A DNA stretch of 64,000 nucleotides from the human T2T-CHM13v2.0 reference genome, Homo sapiens, in the NCBI RefSeq assembly GCF_009914755.1, contig NC_060939.1; one strand, 5' to 3'. Below are positions 10,944-24,904 of the stretch, piece after piece (the stretch's first letter is position 1; every line of letters starts with the position of its first letter). The notes below the pieces were generated by a model. That model searched no databases. It had not been told where the DNA came from and saw only the letters and a program-made list of their open reading frames with translations. The translations under genes were made by a program, and so were the position numbers.

Positions 10944-13479
10944 ATGTTTCCAAAATGCTGTATCCAAACAAAGGTTCAACTCTGTGAATTGAGGGCATAC
11001 ATCACAAAGAAGATTCTGAGAATGCTTCTGTCTAGATTTTATATGAAAATATTCCCGTTTCCAACGAAATCCTCAAAGCTATCCAAATATCCACTTGCAA
11101 ATGCCACAAAAAGAGTGTTTCCAAACTGCTCTGTGAAAAGGAAGGTTCAACTCTGTTAGTTGAGTACACACATCACAAAGAGGTTTCTGAGAATGCTGCT
11201 GACTAGTTTTTATTTGAAGATATTTCCCTTTTCACCTTAGGCCTAAGAGTGCTCGAAATGTCCATTTCCACATACTCCACAAAGTGTGTTTCAAACGTGC
11301 TGTATGAAAGGGAATGTTCAACTCTATGAGTTGAATGCAAACATCACAAAGAAGATTCTGAGAATGCTTTTGTCTAGATTTTATATGAAGATATTCCCGT
11401 GTCCAACGAAATTTTCAAAGGTCTCCAAATAAAGATTGTTTCCAAACTGCTGTATCAAAACAAAGGTTGAACTCTGTGAGTTGAGGACACACATCACAAA
11501 TAAGTTTCTGAGAATGCTTCTGTCTAGTTTTTATTTGAAGATGTTTCCTTTTTCACCATAGGCCTGAAAGCGCTCGAAATGTCCACTTCCAGATAGTACA
11601 GAAAGAGTGTTTCAAACCTGCTCTATGAACGGGAATGTTCAGCTCTGTGAGTTGAATGCAAACATCACAAAGCAGGTTCTGAGAATGCTTCCGTCTAGAT
11701 TTTAAATGAGGATATTCCCGTTTCCAACGAAATCCTCGAAGCTATCCAAATATCCACTTGCAGATTCCACAAAAAGAGTGTTTCAAAACTGCTCTGTCAA
11801 AAGATAGGTTCAACTCTGTTAGTTGAGTACACACATGGCAAACAAGATTGCGAGAATGCTTTCGTCTAGTTTTTTTGGGAAGATATTTCCTTCTTCACCA
11901 TAGGCCTCAAAGCGCTCCAAATATCCATTTCCACATGCTATACAAAGAGTGTCTCAAACCTGCTGTATGAATGGGAATGTTCAACTCTATGAGTTGAATG
12001 CAAACATCACAAAGAAGTTTCTGAGAATGCTTCTGTCTAGATTTTATATGAAGGTTTTCCCGCTTCCAACGAAATTTTCAATGCTCTCAAAATATCCTCT
12101 TGTAGATTCTACAAAAAGAGTGTTTCCAAACTGCTGTATCAAAACAAAGGTTCATCTCTGTTAGTTGAGGACACACATCACAAATAAGTTTCTGAGAATG
12201 CTTCTGTCTAGTTCTTATTTGAAGACATTTCCTTTCTCACCTTAGGCCTGAAAGCGCTCGAAATACCCACTTCCAGATACTACAGAAACAGTGATTCAAA
12301 CCTGCTCTATGAAAGGGAATGTTCAACTATGTGACTTGAATGCAAACATCACAAAGCAGTTTCTGAGAATGCTGCTGTCTACTTTCTATTTGTAATCCCG
12401 TTTCCAACGAAATCCTCAGAACTATCGAAATTTCCAATTGCAGATTCCACAGAAACAGGGTTTCAAAGCTGCTCTGTAAAAAGAAAGGTTCAACTCTGTT
12501 AGTTGAATACACACGTCACAAACAAGTTTCTGAGAATGCTTCTGTCTAGTTTTTATGGGAAGATATTTCCTTTTTCACCGTAGGCCTCAAAGCGCTCCAA
12601 ATGTCCACTTCCACATACTACAAAAAGAGTGTTTCAAACCTGCTGTATGAAAGGGAATGTTCAACTCTATGAGTTGAATGCAAACATTACAAAGAAGTTT
12701 CTGAGAATGCTTCTGTCTAGATTTTATATGAAGGTTTTCCCGTTTCCAACGAAATTTTCAATGCTCTCAAAATATCCACTTGTAGATTCTACAAAAAGAG
12801 TGTTTCCAAACTGCTGTGTCAAAAGAAAGGTTCAACTCTGTTAGTTGAGGACACACATCACAAATAAGTTTCTGAGAATGCTTCTGTCTAGTTCTTATTT
12901 GAAGACATTTCCTTTCTCACCTTAGGCCTGAAAACGCTCGAAATATCCACTTCCAGATACGACAGAAACAGTGATTCAAACCTGCTCTATGAAAGGGAAT
13001 GTTCAACTAGGTGACTTGAATGCAAACATCACAAAGCAGTTTCTGAGAATGCTGCTGTCTACTTTCTATTTGTAATCCCGTTTCCAACGAAATCCTCAGA
13101 ACTATCGAAATTTCCAATTGCAGATTCCACAAAAAGCGTGTTTCAAAGCTGCTCTGTAAAAAGAAAGGTTCAACTCTGTTAGTTGAATACACACGTCACA
13201 AACAAGTTTCTGAGAATGCTTCTGTCTAGTTTTTATGGGAAGATATTTCCTTTTTCACCGTAGGCCTCAAAGCGCTCCAAATGTCCACTTCCACATACTA
13301 CAAAAAGAGTGTTTCAAACCTGCTCTATGATAGGGAATGTTGAAACGTATGAGTTGAATGCAAGCATTACAAAGAGGTTTCTGAGAATGCTTCTGTCTAG
13401 ATTTTATATGTAGATATTCCCGTTTCCAACGAAATCCTCAAAGCTATCCAAATATCAACTTGCAGATTCTACAAAAGGA
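10944..13479. repeat. 15-mer HOR with 21-bp deletion, 2536 bp (6 copies starting at 10944, 26782, 31195, 35608, 42578, 55838)
   Basis: Anchor spacing is 2536 bp. The junction ggtctccaaata|aagattgtttcc lies at 11431/11432, and the 98-aa ORF is absent from these units. Confidence 0.95.
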
Positions 13480-16400
13480 ATGTTTCCAAAATGCTGTATC
13501 CAAACAAAGGTTCAACTCTGTGAATTGAGGGCATACATCACAAAGAAGATTCTGAGAATGCTTCTGTCTAGATTTTATATGAAAATATTCCCGTTTCCAA
13601 CGAAATCCTCAAAGCTATCCAAATATCCACTTGCAAATGCCACAAAAAGAGTGTTTCCAAACTGCTCTGTGAAAAGGAAGGTTCAACTCTGTTAGTTGAG
13701 TACACACATCACAAAGAGGTTTCTGAGAATGCTGCTGACTAGTTTTTATTTGAAGATATTTCCCTTTTCACCTTAGGCCTAAGAGTGCTCGAAATGTCCA
13801 TTTCCACATACTCCACAAAGTGTGTTTCAAACGTGCTGTATGAAAGGGAATGTTCAACTCTATGAGTTGAATGCAAACATCACAAAGAAGATTCTGAGAA
13901 TGCTTTTGTCTAGATTTTATATGAAGATATTCCCGTGTCCAACGAAATTTTCAAAGGTCTCCAAATATCCATTTGTAGATTCTACAAAAAGAGTGTTTCC
14001 AAACTGCTGTATCAAAACAAAGGTTGAACTCTGTGAGTTGAGGACACACATCACAAATAAGTTTCTGAGAATGCTTCTGTCTAGTTTTTATTTGAAGATG
14101 TTTCCTTTTTCACCATAGGCCTGAAAGCGCTCGAAATGTCCACTTCCAGATAGTACAGAAAGAGTGTTTCAAACCTGCTCTATGAACGGGAATGTTCAGC
14201 TCTGTGAGTTGAATGCAAACATCACAAAGCAGGTTCTGAGAATGCTTCCGTCTAGATTTTAAATGAGGATATTCCCGTTTCCAACGAAATCCTCGAAGCT
14301 ATCCAAATATCCACTTGCAGATTCCACAAAAAGAGTGTTTCAAAACTGCTCTGTCAAAAGATAGGTTCAACTCTGTTAGTTGAGTACACACATGGCAAAC
14401 AAGATTGCGAGAATGCTTTCGTCTAGTTTTTTTGGGAAGATATTTCCTTCTTCACCATAGGCCTCAAAGCGCTCCAAATATCCATTTCCACATGCTATAC
14501 AAAGAGTGTCTCAAACCTGCTGTATGAATGGGAATGTTCAATTCTATGAGTTGAATGCAAACATCACAAAGAAGTTTCTGAGAATGCTGCTGTCTAGATT
14601 TTATATGAAGGTTTTCCCGCTTCCAACGAAATTTTCAATGCTCTCAAAATATCCTCTTGTAGATTCTACAAAAAGAGTGTTTCCAAACTGCTGTATCAAA
14701 ACAAAGGTTCATCTCTGTTAGTTGAGGACACACATCACAAATAAGTTTCTGAGAATGCTTCTGTCTAGTTCTTATTTGAAGACATTTCCTTTCTCACCTT
14801 AGGCCTGAAAACGCTCGAAATATCCACTTCCAGATACGACAGAAACTGTGATTCAAACCTGCTCTATGAAAGGGAATGTTCAACTAGGTGACTTGAATGC
14901 AAACATCACAAAGCAGTTTCTGAGAATGCTGCTGTCTACTTTCTATTTGTAATCCCGTTTCCAACGAAATCCTCAGAACTATCGAAATTTCCAATTGCAG
15001 ATTCCACAGAAACAGGGTTTCAAAGCTGCTCTGTAAAAAGAAAGGTTCAACTCTGTTAGTTGAATACACACGTCACAAACAAGTTTCTGAGAATGCTTCT
15101 GTCTAGTTTTTATGGGAAGATATTTCCTTTTTCACCGTAGGCCTCAAAGCGCTCCAAATGTCCACTTCCACATACTACAAAAAGAGTGTTTCAAACCTGC
15201 TGTATGAAAGGGAATGTTCAACTCTATGAGTTGAATGCAAACATTACAAAGAAGTTTCTGAGAATGCTTCTGTCTAGATTTTATATGAAGGTTTTCCCGT
15301 TTCCAACGAAATTTTCAATGCTCTCAAAATATCCACTTGTAGATTCTACAAAAAGAGTGTTTCCAAACTGCTGTGTCAAAAGAAAGGTTCAACTCTGTTA
15401 GTTGAGGACACACATCACAAATAAGTTTCTGAGAATGCTTCTGTCTAGTTCTTATTTGAAGACATTTCCTTTCTCACCTTAGGCCTGAAAACGCTCGAAA
15501 TATCCACTTCCAGATACGACAGAAACAGTGATTCAAACCTGCTCTATGAAAGGGAATGTTCAACTAGGTGACTTGAATGCAAACATCACAAAGTAGTTTC
15601 TGAGAATGCTGCTGTCTACTTTCTATTTGTAATCCCGTTTCCAACGAAATCCTCAGAACTATCGAAATTTCCAATTGCAGATTCCACAAAAAGCGTGTTT
15701 CAAAGCTGCTCTGTAAAAAGAAAGGTTCAACTCTGTTAGTTGAATACACACGTCACAAACAAGTTTCTGAGAATGCTTCTGTCTAGTTTTTATGGGAAGA
15801 TATTTCCTTTTTCACCGTAGGCCTCAAAGCGCTCCAAATGTCCACTTCCACATACTACAAAAAGAGTGTTTCAAACCTGCTCTATGATAGGGAATGTTGA
15901 AACCTATGAGTTGAATGCAAGCATTACAAAGAGGTTTCTGAGAATGCTTCTGTCTAGATTTTATATGTAGATATTCCCGTTTCCAACGAAATCCTCAAAG
16001 CTATCCAAATATCAACTTGCAGATTCTACAAAAGGAATGTTTCCAAAATGCTGTATCCAAACAAAGGTTCAACTCTGTGAATTGAGGGCATACATCACAA
16101 AGAAGATTCTGAGAATGCTTCTGTCTAGATTTTATATGAAAATATTCCCGTTTCCAACGAAATCCTCAAAGCTATCCAAATATCCACTTGCAAATGCCAC
16201 AAAAAGAGTGTTTCCAAACTGCTCTGTGAAAAGGAAGGTTCAACTCTGTTAGTTGAGTACACACATCACAAAGAGGTTTCTGAGAATGCTGCTGACTAGT
16301 TTTTATTTGAAGATATTTCCCTTTTCACCTTAGGCCTAAGAGTGCTCGAAATGTCCATTTCCACATACTCCACAAAGTGTGTTTCAAACGTGCTGTATGA

Positions 16401-17913
16401 AAGGGAATGTTCAACTCTATGAGTTGAATGCAAACATCACAAAGAAGATTCTGAGAATGCTTTTGTCTAGATTTTATATGAAGATATTCCCGTGTCCAAC
16501 GAAATTTTCAAAGGTCTCCAAATATCCATTTGTAGATTCTACAAAAAGAGTGTTTCCAAACTGCTGTATCAAAACAAAGGTTGAACTCTGTGAGTTGAGG
16601 ACACACATCACAAATAAGTTTCTGAGAATGCTTCTGTCTAGTTTTTATTTGAAGATGTTTCCTTTTTCACCATAGGCCTGAAAGCGCTCGAAATGTCCAC
16701 TTCCAGATAGTACAGAAAGAGTGTTTCAAACCTGCTCTATGAACGGGAATGTTCAGCTCTGTGAGTTGAATGCAAACATCACAAAGCAGGTTCTGAGAAT
16801 GCTTCCGTCTAGATTTTAAATGAGGATATTCCCGTTTCCAACGAAATCCTCGAAGCTATCCAAATATCCACTTGCAGATTCCACAAAAAGAGTGTTTCAA
16901 AACTGCTCTGTCAAAAGATAGGTTCAACTCTGTTAGTTGAGTACACACATGGCAAACAAGATTGCGAGAATGCTTTCGTCTAGTTTTTTTGGGAAGATAT
17001 TTCCTTCTTCACCATAGGCCTCAAAGCGCTCCAAATATCCATTTCCACATGCTATACAAAGAGTGTCTCAAACCTGCTGTATGAATGGGAATGTTCAACT
17101 CTATGAGTTGAATGCAAACATCACAAAGAAGTTTCTGAGAATGCTGCTGTCTAGATTTTATATGAAGGTTTTCCCGCTTCCAACGAAATTTTCAATGCTC
17201 TCAAAATATCCTCTTGTAGATTCTACAAAAAGAGTGTTTCCAAACTGCTGTATCAAAACAAAGGTTCATCTCTGTTAGTTGAGGACACACATCACAAATA
17301 AGTTTCTGAGAATGCTTCTGTCTAGTTCTTATTTGAAGACATTTCCTTTCTCACCTTAGGCCTGAAAGCGCTCGAAATACCCACTTCCAGATACTACAGA
17401 AACAGTGATTCAAACCTGCTCTATGAAAGGGAATGTTCAACTATGTGACTTGAATGCAAACATCACAAAGCAGTTTCTGAGAATGCTGCTGTCTACTTTC
17501 TATTTGTAATCCCGTTTCCAACGAAATCCTCAGAACTATCGAAATTTCCAATTGCAGATTCCACAGAAACAGGGTTTCAAAGCTGCTCTGTAAAAAGAAA
17601 GGTTCAACTCTGTTAGTTGAATACACACGTCACAAACAAGTTTCTGAGAATGCTTCTGTCTAGTTTTTATGGGAAGATATTTCCTTTTTCACCGTAGGCC
17701 TCAAAGCGCTCCAAATGTCCACTTCCACATACTACAAAAAGAGTGTTTCAAACCTGCTCTATGATAGGGAATGTTGAAACCTATGAGTTGAATGCAAGCA
17801 TTACAAAGAGGTTTCTGAGAATGCTTCTGTCTAGATTTTATATGTAGATATTCCCGTTTCCAACGAAATCCTCAAAGCTATCCAAATATCAACTTGCAGA
17901 TTCTACAAAAGGA

Positions 17914-20470
17914 ATGTTTCCAAAATGCTGTATCCAAACAAAGGTTCAACTCTGTGAATTGAGGGCATACATCACAAAGAAGATTCTGAGAATGCTTCTG
18001 TCTAGATTTTATATGAAAATATTCCCGTTTCCAACGAAATCCTCAAAGCTATCCAAATATCCACTTGCAAATGCCACAAAAAGAGTGTTTCCAAACTGCT
18101 CTGTGAAAAGGAAGGTTCAACTCTGTTAGTTGAGTACACACATCACAAAGAGGTTTCTGAGAATGCTGCTGACTAGTTTTTATTTGAAGATATTTCCCTT
18201 TTCACCTTAGGCCTAAGAGTGCTCGAAATGTCCATTTCCACATACTCCACAAAGTGTGTTTCAAACGTGCTGTATGAAAGGGAATGTTCAACTCTATGAG
18301 TTGAATGCAAACATCACAAAGAAGATTCTGAGAATGCTTTTGTCTAGATTTTATATGAAGATATTCCCGTGTCCAACGAAATTTTCAAAGGTCTCCAAAT
18401 ATCCATTTGTAGATTCTACAAAAAGAGTGTTTCCAAACTGCTGTATCAAAACAAAGGTTGAACTCTGTGAGTTGAGGACACACATCACAAATAAGTTTCT
18501 GAGAATGCTTCTGTCTAGTTTTTATTTGAAGATGTTTCCTTTTTCACCATAGGCCTGAAAGCGCTCGAAATGTCCACTTCCAGATAGTACAGAAAGAGTG
18601 TTTCAAACCTGCTCTATGAACGGGAATGTTCAGCTCTGTGAGTTGAATGCAAACATCACAAAGCAGGTTCTGAGAATGCTTCCGTCTAGATTTTAAATGA
18701 GGATATTCCCGTTTCCAACGAAATCCTCGAAGCTATCCAAATATCCACTTGCAGATTCCACAAAAAGAGTGTTTCAAAACTGCTCTGTCAAAAGATAGGT
18801 TCAACTCTGTTAGTTGAGTACACACATGGCAAACAAGATTGCGAGAATGCTTTCGTCTAGTTTTTTTGGGAAGATATTTCCTTCTTCACCATAGGCCTCA
18901 AAGCGCTCCAAATATCCATTTCCACATGCTATACAAAGAGTGTCTCAAACCTGCTGTATGAATGGGAATGTTCAACTCTATGAGTTGAATGCAAACATCA
19001 CAAAGAAGTTTCTGAGAATGCTGCTGTCTAGATTTTATATGAAGGTTTTCCCGCTTCCAACGAAATTTTCAATGCTCTCAAAATATCCTCTTGTAGATTC
19101 TACAAAAAGAGTGTTTCCAAACTGCTGTATCAAAACAAAGGTTCATCTCTGTTAGTTGAGGACACACATCACAAATAAGTTTCTGAGAATGCTTCTGTCT
19201 AGTTCTTATTTGAAGACATTTCCTTTCTCACCTTAGGCCTGAAAGCGCTCGAAATACCCACTTCCAGATACTACAGAAACAGTGATTCAAACCTGCTCTA
19301 TGAAAGGGAATGTTCAACTATGTGACTTGAATGCAAACATCACAAAGCAGTTTCTGAGAATGCTGCTGTCTACTTTCTATTTGTAATCCCGTTTCCAACG
19401 AAATCCTCAGAACTATCGAAATTTCCAATTGCAGATTCCACAGAAACAGGGTTTCAAAGCTGCTCTGTAAAAAGAAAGGTTCAACTCTGTTAGTTGAATA
19501 CACACGTCACAAACAAGTTTCTGAGAATGCTTCTGTCTAGTTTTTATGGGAAGATATTTCCTTTTTCACCGTAGGCCTCAAAGCGCTCCAAATGTCCACT
19601 TCCACATACTACAAAAAGAGTGTTTCAAACCTGCTGTATGAAAGGGAATGTTCAACTCTATGAGTTGAATGCAAACATTACAAAGAAGTTTCTGAGAATG
19701 CTTCTGTCTAGATTTTATATGAAGGTTTTCCCGTTTCCAACGAAATTTTCAATGCTCTCAAAATATCCACTTGTAGATTCTACAAAAAGAGTGTTTCCAA
19801 ACTGCTGTGTCAAAAGAAAGGTTCAACTCTGTTAGTTGAGGACACACATCACAAATAAGTTTCTGAGAATGCTTCTGTCTAGTTCTTATTTGAAGACATT
19901 TCCTTTCTCACCTTAGGCCTGAAAACGCTCGAAATATCCACTTCCAGATACGACAGAAACAGTGATTCAAACCTGCTCTATGAAAGGGAATGTTCAACTA
20001 GGTGACTTGAATGCAAACATCACAAAGCAGTTTCTGAGAATGCTGCTGTCTACTTTCTATTTGTAATCCCGTTTCCAACGAAATCCTCAGAACTATCGAA
20101 ATTTCCAATTGCAGATTCCACAAAAAGCGTGTTTCAAAGCTGCTCTGTAAAAAGAAAGGTTCAACTCTGTTAGTTGAATACACACGTCACAAACAAGTTT
20201 CTGAGAATGCTTCTGTCTAGTTTTTATGGGAAGATATTTCCTTTTTCACCGTAGGCCTCAAAGCGCTCCAAATGTCCACTTCCACATACTACAAAAAGAG
20301 TGTTTCAAACCTGCTCTATGATAGGGAATGTTGAAACGTATGAGTTGAATGCAAGCATTACAAAGAGGTTTCTGAGAATGCTTCTGTCTAGATTTTATAT
20401 GTAGATATTCCCGTTTCCAACGAAATCCTCAAAGCTATCCAAATATCAACTTGCAGATTCTACAAAAGGA
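17914..20470. repeat. 15-monomer HOR unit, 2557 bp (representative; 8 copies starting at 3953, 6510, 13480, 17914, 22348, 38144, 45114, 51404)
   Basis: Anchor spacing is 2557 bp = 1877 + 680. The unit contains two tandem 4-monomer blocks. Confidence 0.95.
18940..20299 (+). repeat. Internal 680-bp (4-monomer) tandem duplication of the 15-mer: block A (18940-19619) and block B (19620-20299)
   Basis: Paired ORFs are offset by 680 bp (18940/19620, 19318/19998). Diagnostic A/B differences: ccgCttcc/ccgTttcc, atccTctt/atccActt, ttcaTctc/ttcaActc, gaaaGcgc/gaaaAcgc, ataCccac/ataTccac, atacTac/atacGac, ctaTgtg/ctaGgtg, acagaaacaggg/acaaaaagcgtg. Confidence 0.95.
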
Positions 20471-23400
20471 ATGTTTCCAAAATGCTGTATCCAAACAAAG
20501 GTTCAACTCTGTGAATTGAGGGCATACATCACAAAGAAGATTCTGAGAATGCTTCTGTCTAGATTTTATATGAAAATATTCCCGTTTCCAACGAAATCCT
20601 CAAAGCTATCCAAATATCCACTTGCAAATGCCACAAAAAGAGTGTTTCCAAACTGCTCTGTGAAAAGGAAGGTTCAACTCTGTTAGTTGAGTACACACAT
20701 CACAAAGAGGTTTCTGAGAATGCTGCTGACTAGTTTTTATTTGAAGATATTTCCCTTTTCACCTTAGGCCTAAGAGTGCTCGAAATGTCCATTTCCACAT
20801 ACTCCACAAAGTGTGTTTCAAACGTGCTGTATGAAAGGGAATGTTCAACTCTATGAGTTGAATGCAAACATCACAAAGAAGATTCTGAGAATGCTTTTGT
20901 CTAGATTTTATATGAAGATATTCCCGTGTCCAACGAAATTTTCAAAGGTCTCCAAATATCCATTTGTAGATTCTACAAAAAGAGTGTTTCCAAACTGCTG
21001 TATCAAAACAAAGGTTGAACTCTGTGAGTTGAGGACACACATCACAAATAAGTTTCTGAGAATGCTTCTGTCTAGTTTTTATTTGAAGATGTTTCCTTTT
21101 TCACCATAGGCCTGAAAGCGCTCGAAATGTCCACTTCCAGATAGTACAGAAAGAGTGTTTCAAACCTGCTCTATGAACGGGAATGTTCAGCTCTGTGAGT
21201 TGAATGCAAACATCACAAAGCAGGTTCTGAGAATGCTTCCGTCTAGATTTTAAATGAGGATATTCCCGTTTCCAACGAAATCCTCGAAGCTATCCAAATA
21301 TCCACTTGCAGATTCCACAAAAAGAGTGTTTCAAAACTGCTCTGTCAAAAGATAGGTTCAACTCTGTTAGTTGAGTACACACATGGCAAACAAGATTGCG
21401 AGAATGCTTTCGTCTAGTTTTTTTGGGAAGATATTTCCTTCTTCACCATAGGCCTCAAAGCGCTCCAAATATCCATTTCCACATGCTATACAAAGAGTGT
21501 CTCAAACCTGCTGTATGAATGGGAATGTTCAACTCTATGAGTTGAATGCAAACATCACAAAGAAGTTTCTGAGAATGCTGCTGTCTAGATTTTATATGAA
21601 GGTTTTCCCGCTTCCAACGAAATTTTCAATGCTCTCAAAATATCCTCTTGTAGATTCTACAAAAAGAGTGTTTCCAAACTGCTGTATCAAAACAAAGGTT
21701 CATCTCTGTTAGTTGAGGACACACATCACAAATAAGTTTCTGAGAATGCTTCTGTCTAGTTCTTATTTGAAGACATTTCCTTTCTCACCTTAGGCCTGAA
21801 AGCGCTCGAAATACCCACTTCCAGATACTACAGAAACAGTGATTCAAACCTGCTCTATGAAAGGGAATGTTCAACTATGTGACTTGAATGCAAACATCAC
21901 AAAGCAGTTTCTGAGAATGCTGCTGTCTACTTTCTATTTGTAATCCCGTTTCCAACGAAATCCTCAGAACTATCGAAATTTCCAATTGCAGATTCCACAG
22001 AAACAGGGTTTCAAAGCTGCTCTGTAAAAAGAAAGGTTCAACTCTGTTAGTTGAATACACACGTCACAAACAAGTTTCTGAGAATGCTTCTGTCTAGTTT
22101 TTATGGGAAGATATTTCCTTTTTCACCGTAGGCCTCAAAGCGCTCCAAATGTCCACTTCCACATACTACAAAAAGAGTGTTTCAAACCTGCTCTATGATA
22201 GGGAATGTTGAAACCTATGAGTTGAATGCAAGCATTACAAAGAGGTTTCTGAGAATGCTTCTGTCTAGATTTTATATGTAGATATTCCCGTTTCCAACGA
22301 AATCCTCAAAGCTATCCAAATATCAACTTGCAGATTCTACAAAAGGAATGTTTCCAAAATGCTGTATCCAAACAAAGGTTCAACTCTGTGAATTGAGGGC
22401 ATACATCACAAAGAAGATTCTGAGAATGCTTCTGTCTAGATTTTATATGAAAATATTCCCGTTTCCAACGAAATCCTCAAAGCTATCCAAATATCCACTT
22501 GCAAATGCCACAAAAAGAGTGTTTCCAAACTGCTCTGTGAAAAGGAAGGTTCAACTCTGTTAGTTGAGTACACACATCACAAAGAGGTTTCTGAGAATGC
22601 TGCTGACTAGTTTTTATTTGAAGATATTTCCCTTTTCACCTTAGGCCTAAGAGGGCTCGAAATGTCCATTTCCACATACTCCACAAAGTGTGTTTCAAAC
22701 GTGCTGTATGAAAGGGAATGTTCAACTCTATGAGTTGAATGCAAACATCACAAAGAAGATTCTGAGAATGCTTTTGTCTAGATTTTATATGAAGATATTC
22801 CCGTGTCCAACGAAATTTTCAAAGGTCTCCAAATATCCATTTGTAGATTCTACAAAAAGAGTGTTTCCAAACTGCTGTATCAAAACAAAGGTTGAACTCT
22901 GTGAGTTGAGGACACACATCACAAATAAGTTTCTGAGAATGCTTCTGTCTAGTTTTTATTTGAAGATGTTTCCTTTTTCACCATAGGCCTGAAAGCGCTC
23001 GAAATGTCCACTTCCAGATAGTACAGAAAGAGTGTTTCAAACCTGCTCTATGAACGGGAATGTTCAGCTCTGTGAGTTGAATGCAAACATCACAAAGCAG
23101 GTTCTGAGAATGCTTCCGTCTAGATTTTAAATGAGGATATTCCCGTTTCCAACGAAATCCTCGAAGCTATCCAAATATCCACTTGCAGATTCCACAAAAA
23201 GAGTGTTTCAAAACTGCTCTGTCAAAAGATAGGTTCAACTCTGTTAGTTGAGTACACACATGGCAAACAAGATTGCGAGAATGCTTTCGTCTAGTTTTTT
23301 TGGGAAGATATTTCCTTCTTCACCATAGGCCTCAAAGCGCTCCAAATATCCATTTCCACATGCTATACAAAGAGTGTCTCAAACCTGCTGTATGAATGGG

Positions 23401-24904
23401 AATGTTCAACTCTATGAGTTGAATGCAAACATCACAAAGAAGTTTCTGAGAATGCTTCTGTCTAGATTTTATATGAAGGTTTTCCCGCTTCCAACGAAAT
23501 TTTCAATGCTCTCAAAATATCCTCTTGTAGATTCTACAAAAAGAGTGTTTCCAAACTGCTGTATCAAAACAAAGGTTCATCTCTGTTAGTTGAGGACACA
23601 CATCACAAATAAGTTTCTGAGAATGCTTCTGTCTAGTTCTTATTTGAAGACATTTCCTTTCTCACCTTAGGCCTGAAAGCGCTCGAAATACCCACTTCCA
23701 GATACTACAGAAACAGTGATTCAAACCTGCTCTATGAAAGGGAATGTTCAACTATGTGACTTGAATGCAAACATCACAAAGCAGTTTCTGAGAATGCTGC
23801 TGTCTACTTTCTATTTGTAATCCCGTTTCCAACGAAATCCTCAGAACTATCGAAATTTCCAATTGCAGATTCCACAGAAACAGGGTTTCAAAGCTGCTCT
23901 GTAAAAAGAAAGGTTCAACTCTGTTAGTTGAATACACACGTCACAAACAAGTTTCTGAGAATGCTTCTGTCTAGTTTTTATGGGAAGATATTTCCTTTTT
24001 CACCGTAGGCCTCAAAGCGCTCCAAATGTCCACTTCCACATACTACAAAAAGAGTGTTTCAAACCTGCTGTATGAAAGGGAATGTTCAACTCTATGAGTT
24101 GAATGCAAACATTACAAAGAAGTTTCTGAGAATGCTTCTGTCTAGATTTTATATGAAGGTTTTCCCGTTTCCAACGAAATTTTCAATGCTCTCAAAATAT
24201 CCACTTGTAGATTCTACAAAAAGAGTGTTTCCAAACTGCTGTGTCAAAAGAAAGGTTCAACTCTGTTAGTTGAGGACACACATCACAAATAAGTTTCTGA
24301 GAATGCTTCTGTCTAGTTCTTATTTGAAGACATTTCCTTTCTCACCTTAGGCCTGAAAACGCTCGAAATATCCACTTCCAGATACGACAGAAACAGTGAT
24401 TCAAACCTGCTCTATGAAAGGGAATGTTCAACTAGGTGACTTGAATGCAAACATCACAAAGCAGTTTCTGAGAATGCTGCTGTCTAGTTTCTATTTGTAA
24501 TCCCGTTTCCAACGAAATCCTCAGAACTATCGAAATTTCCAATTGCAGATTCCACAAAAAGCGTGTTTCAAAGCTGCTCTGTAAAAAGAAAGGTTCAACT
24601 CTGTTAGTTGAATACACACGTCACAAACAAGTTTCTGAGAATGCTTCTGTCTAGTTTTTATGGGAAGATATTTCCTTTTTCACCGTAGGCCTCAAAGCGC
24701 TCCAAATGTCCACTTCCACATACTACAAAAAGAGTGTTTCAAACCTGCTCTATGATAGGGAATGTTGAAACGTATGAGTTGAATGCAAGCATTACAAAGA
24801 GGTTTCTGAGAATGCTTCTGTCTAGATTTTATATGTAGATATTCCCGTTTCCAACGAAATCCTCAAAGCTATCCAAATATCAACTTGCAGATTCTACAAA
24901 AGGA

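Larger units (their letters stand above)
16037..24904. repeat. Two tandem 26-mer super-units (11+15; 4434 bp each)
   Basis: Anchors 16037, 20471 and 24905 are spaced 4434 bp apart. Confidence 0.9.
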
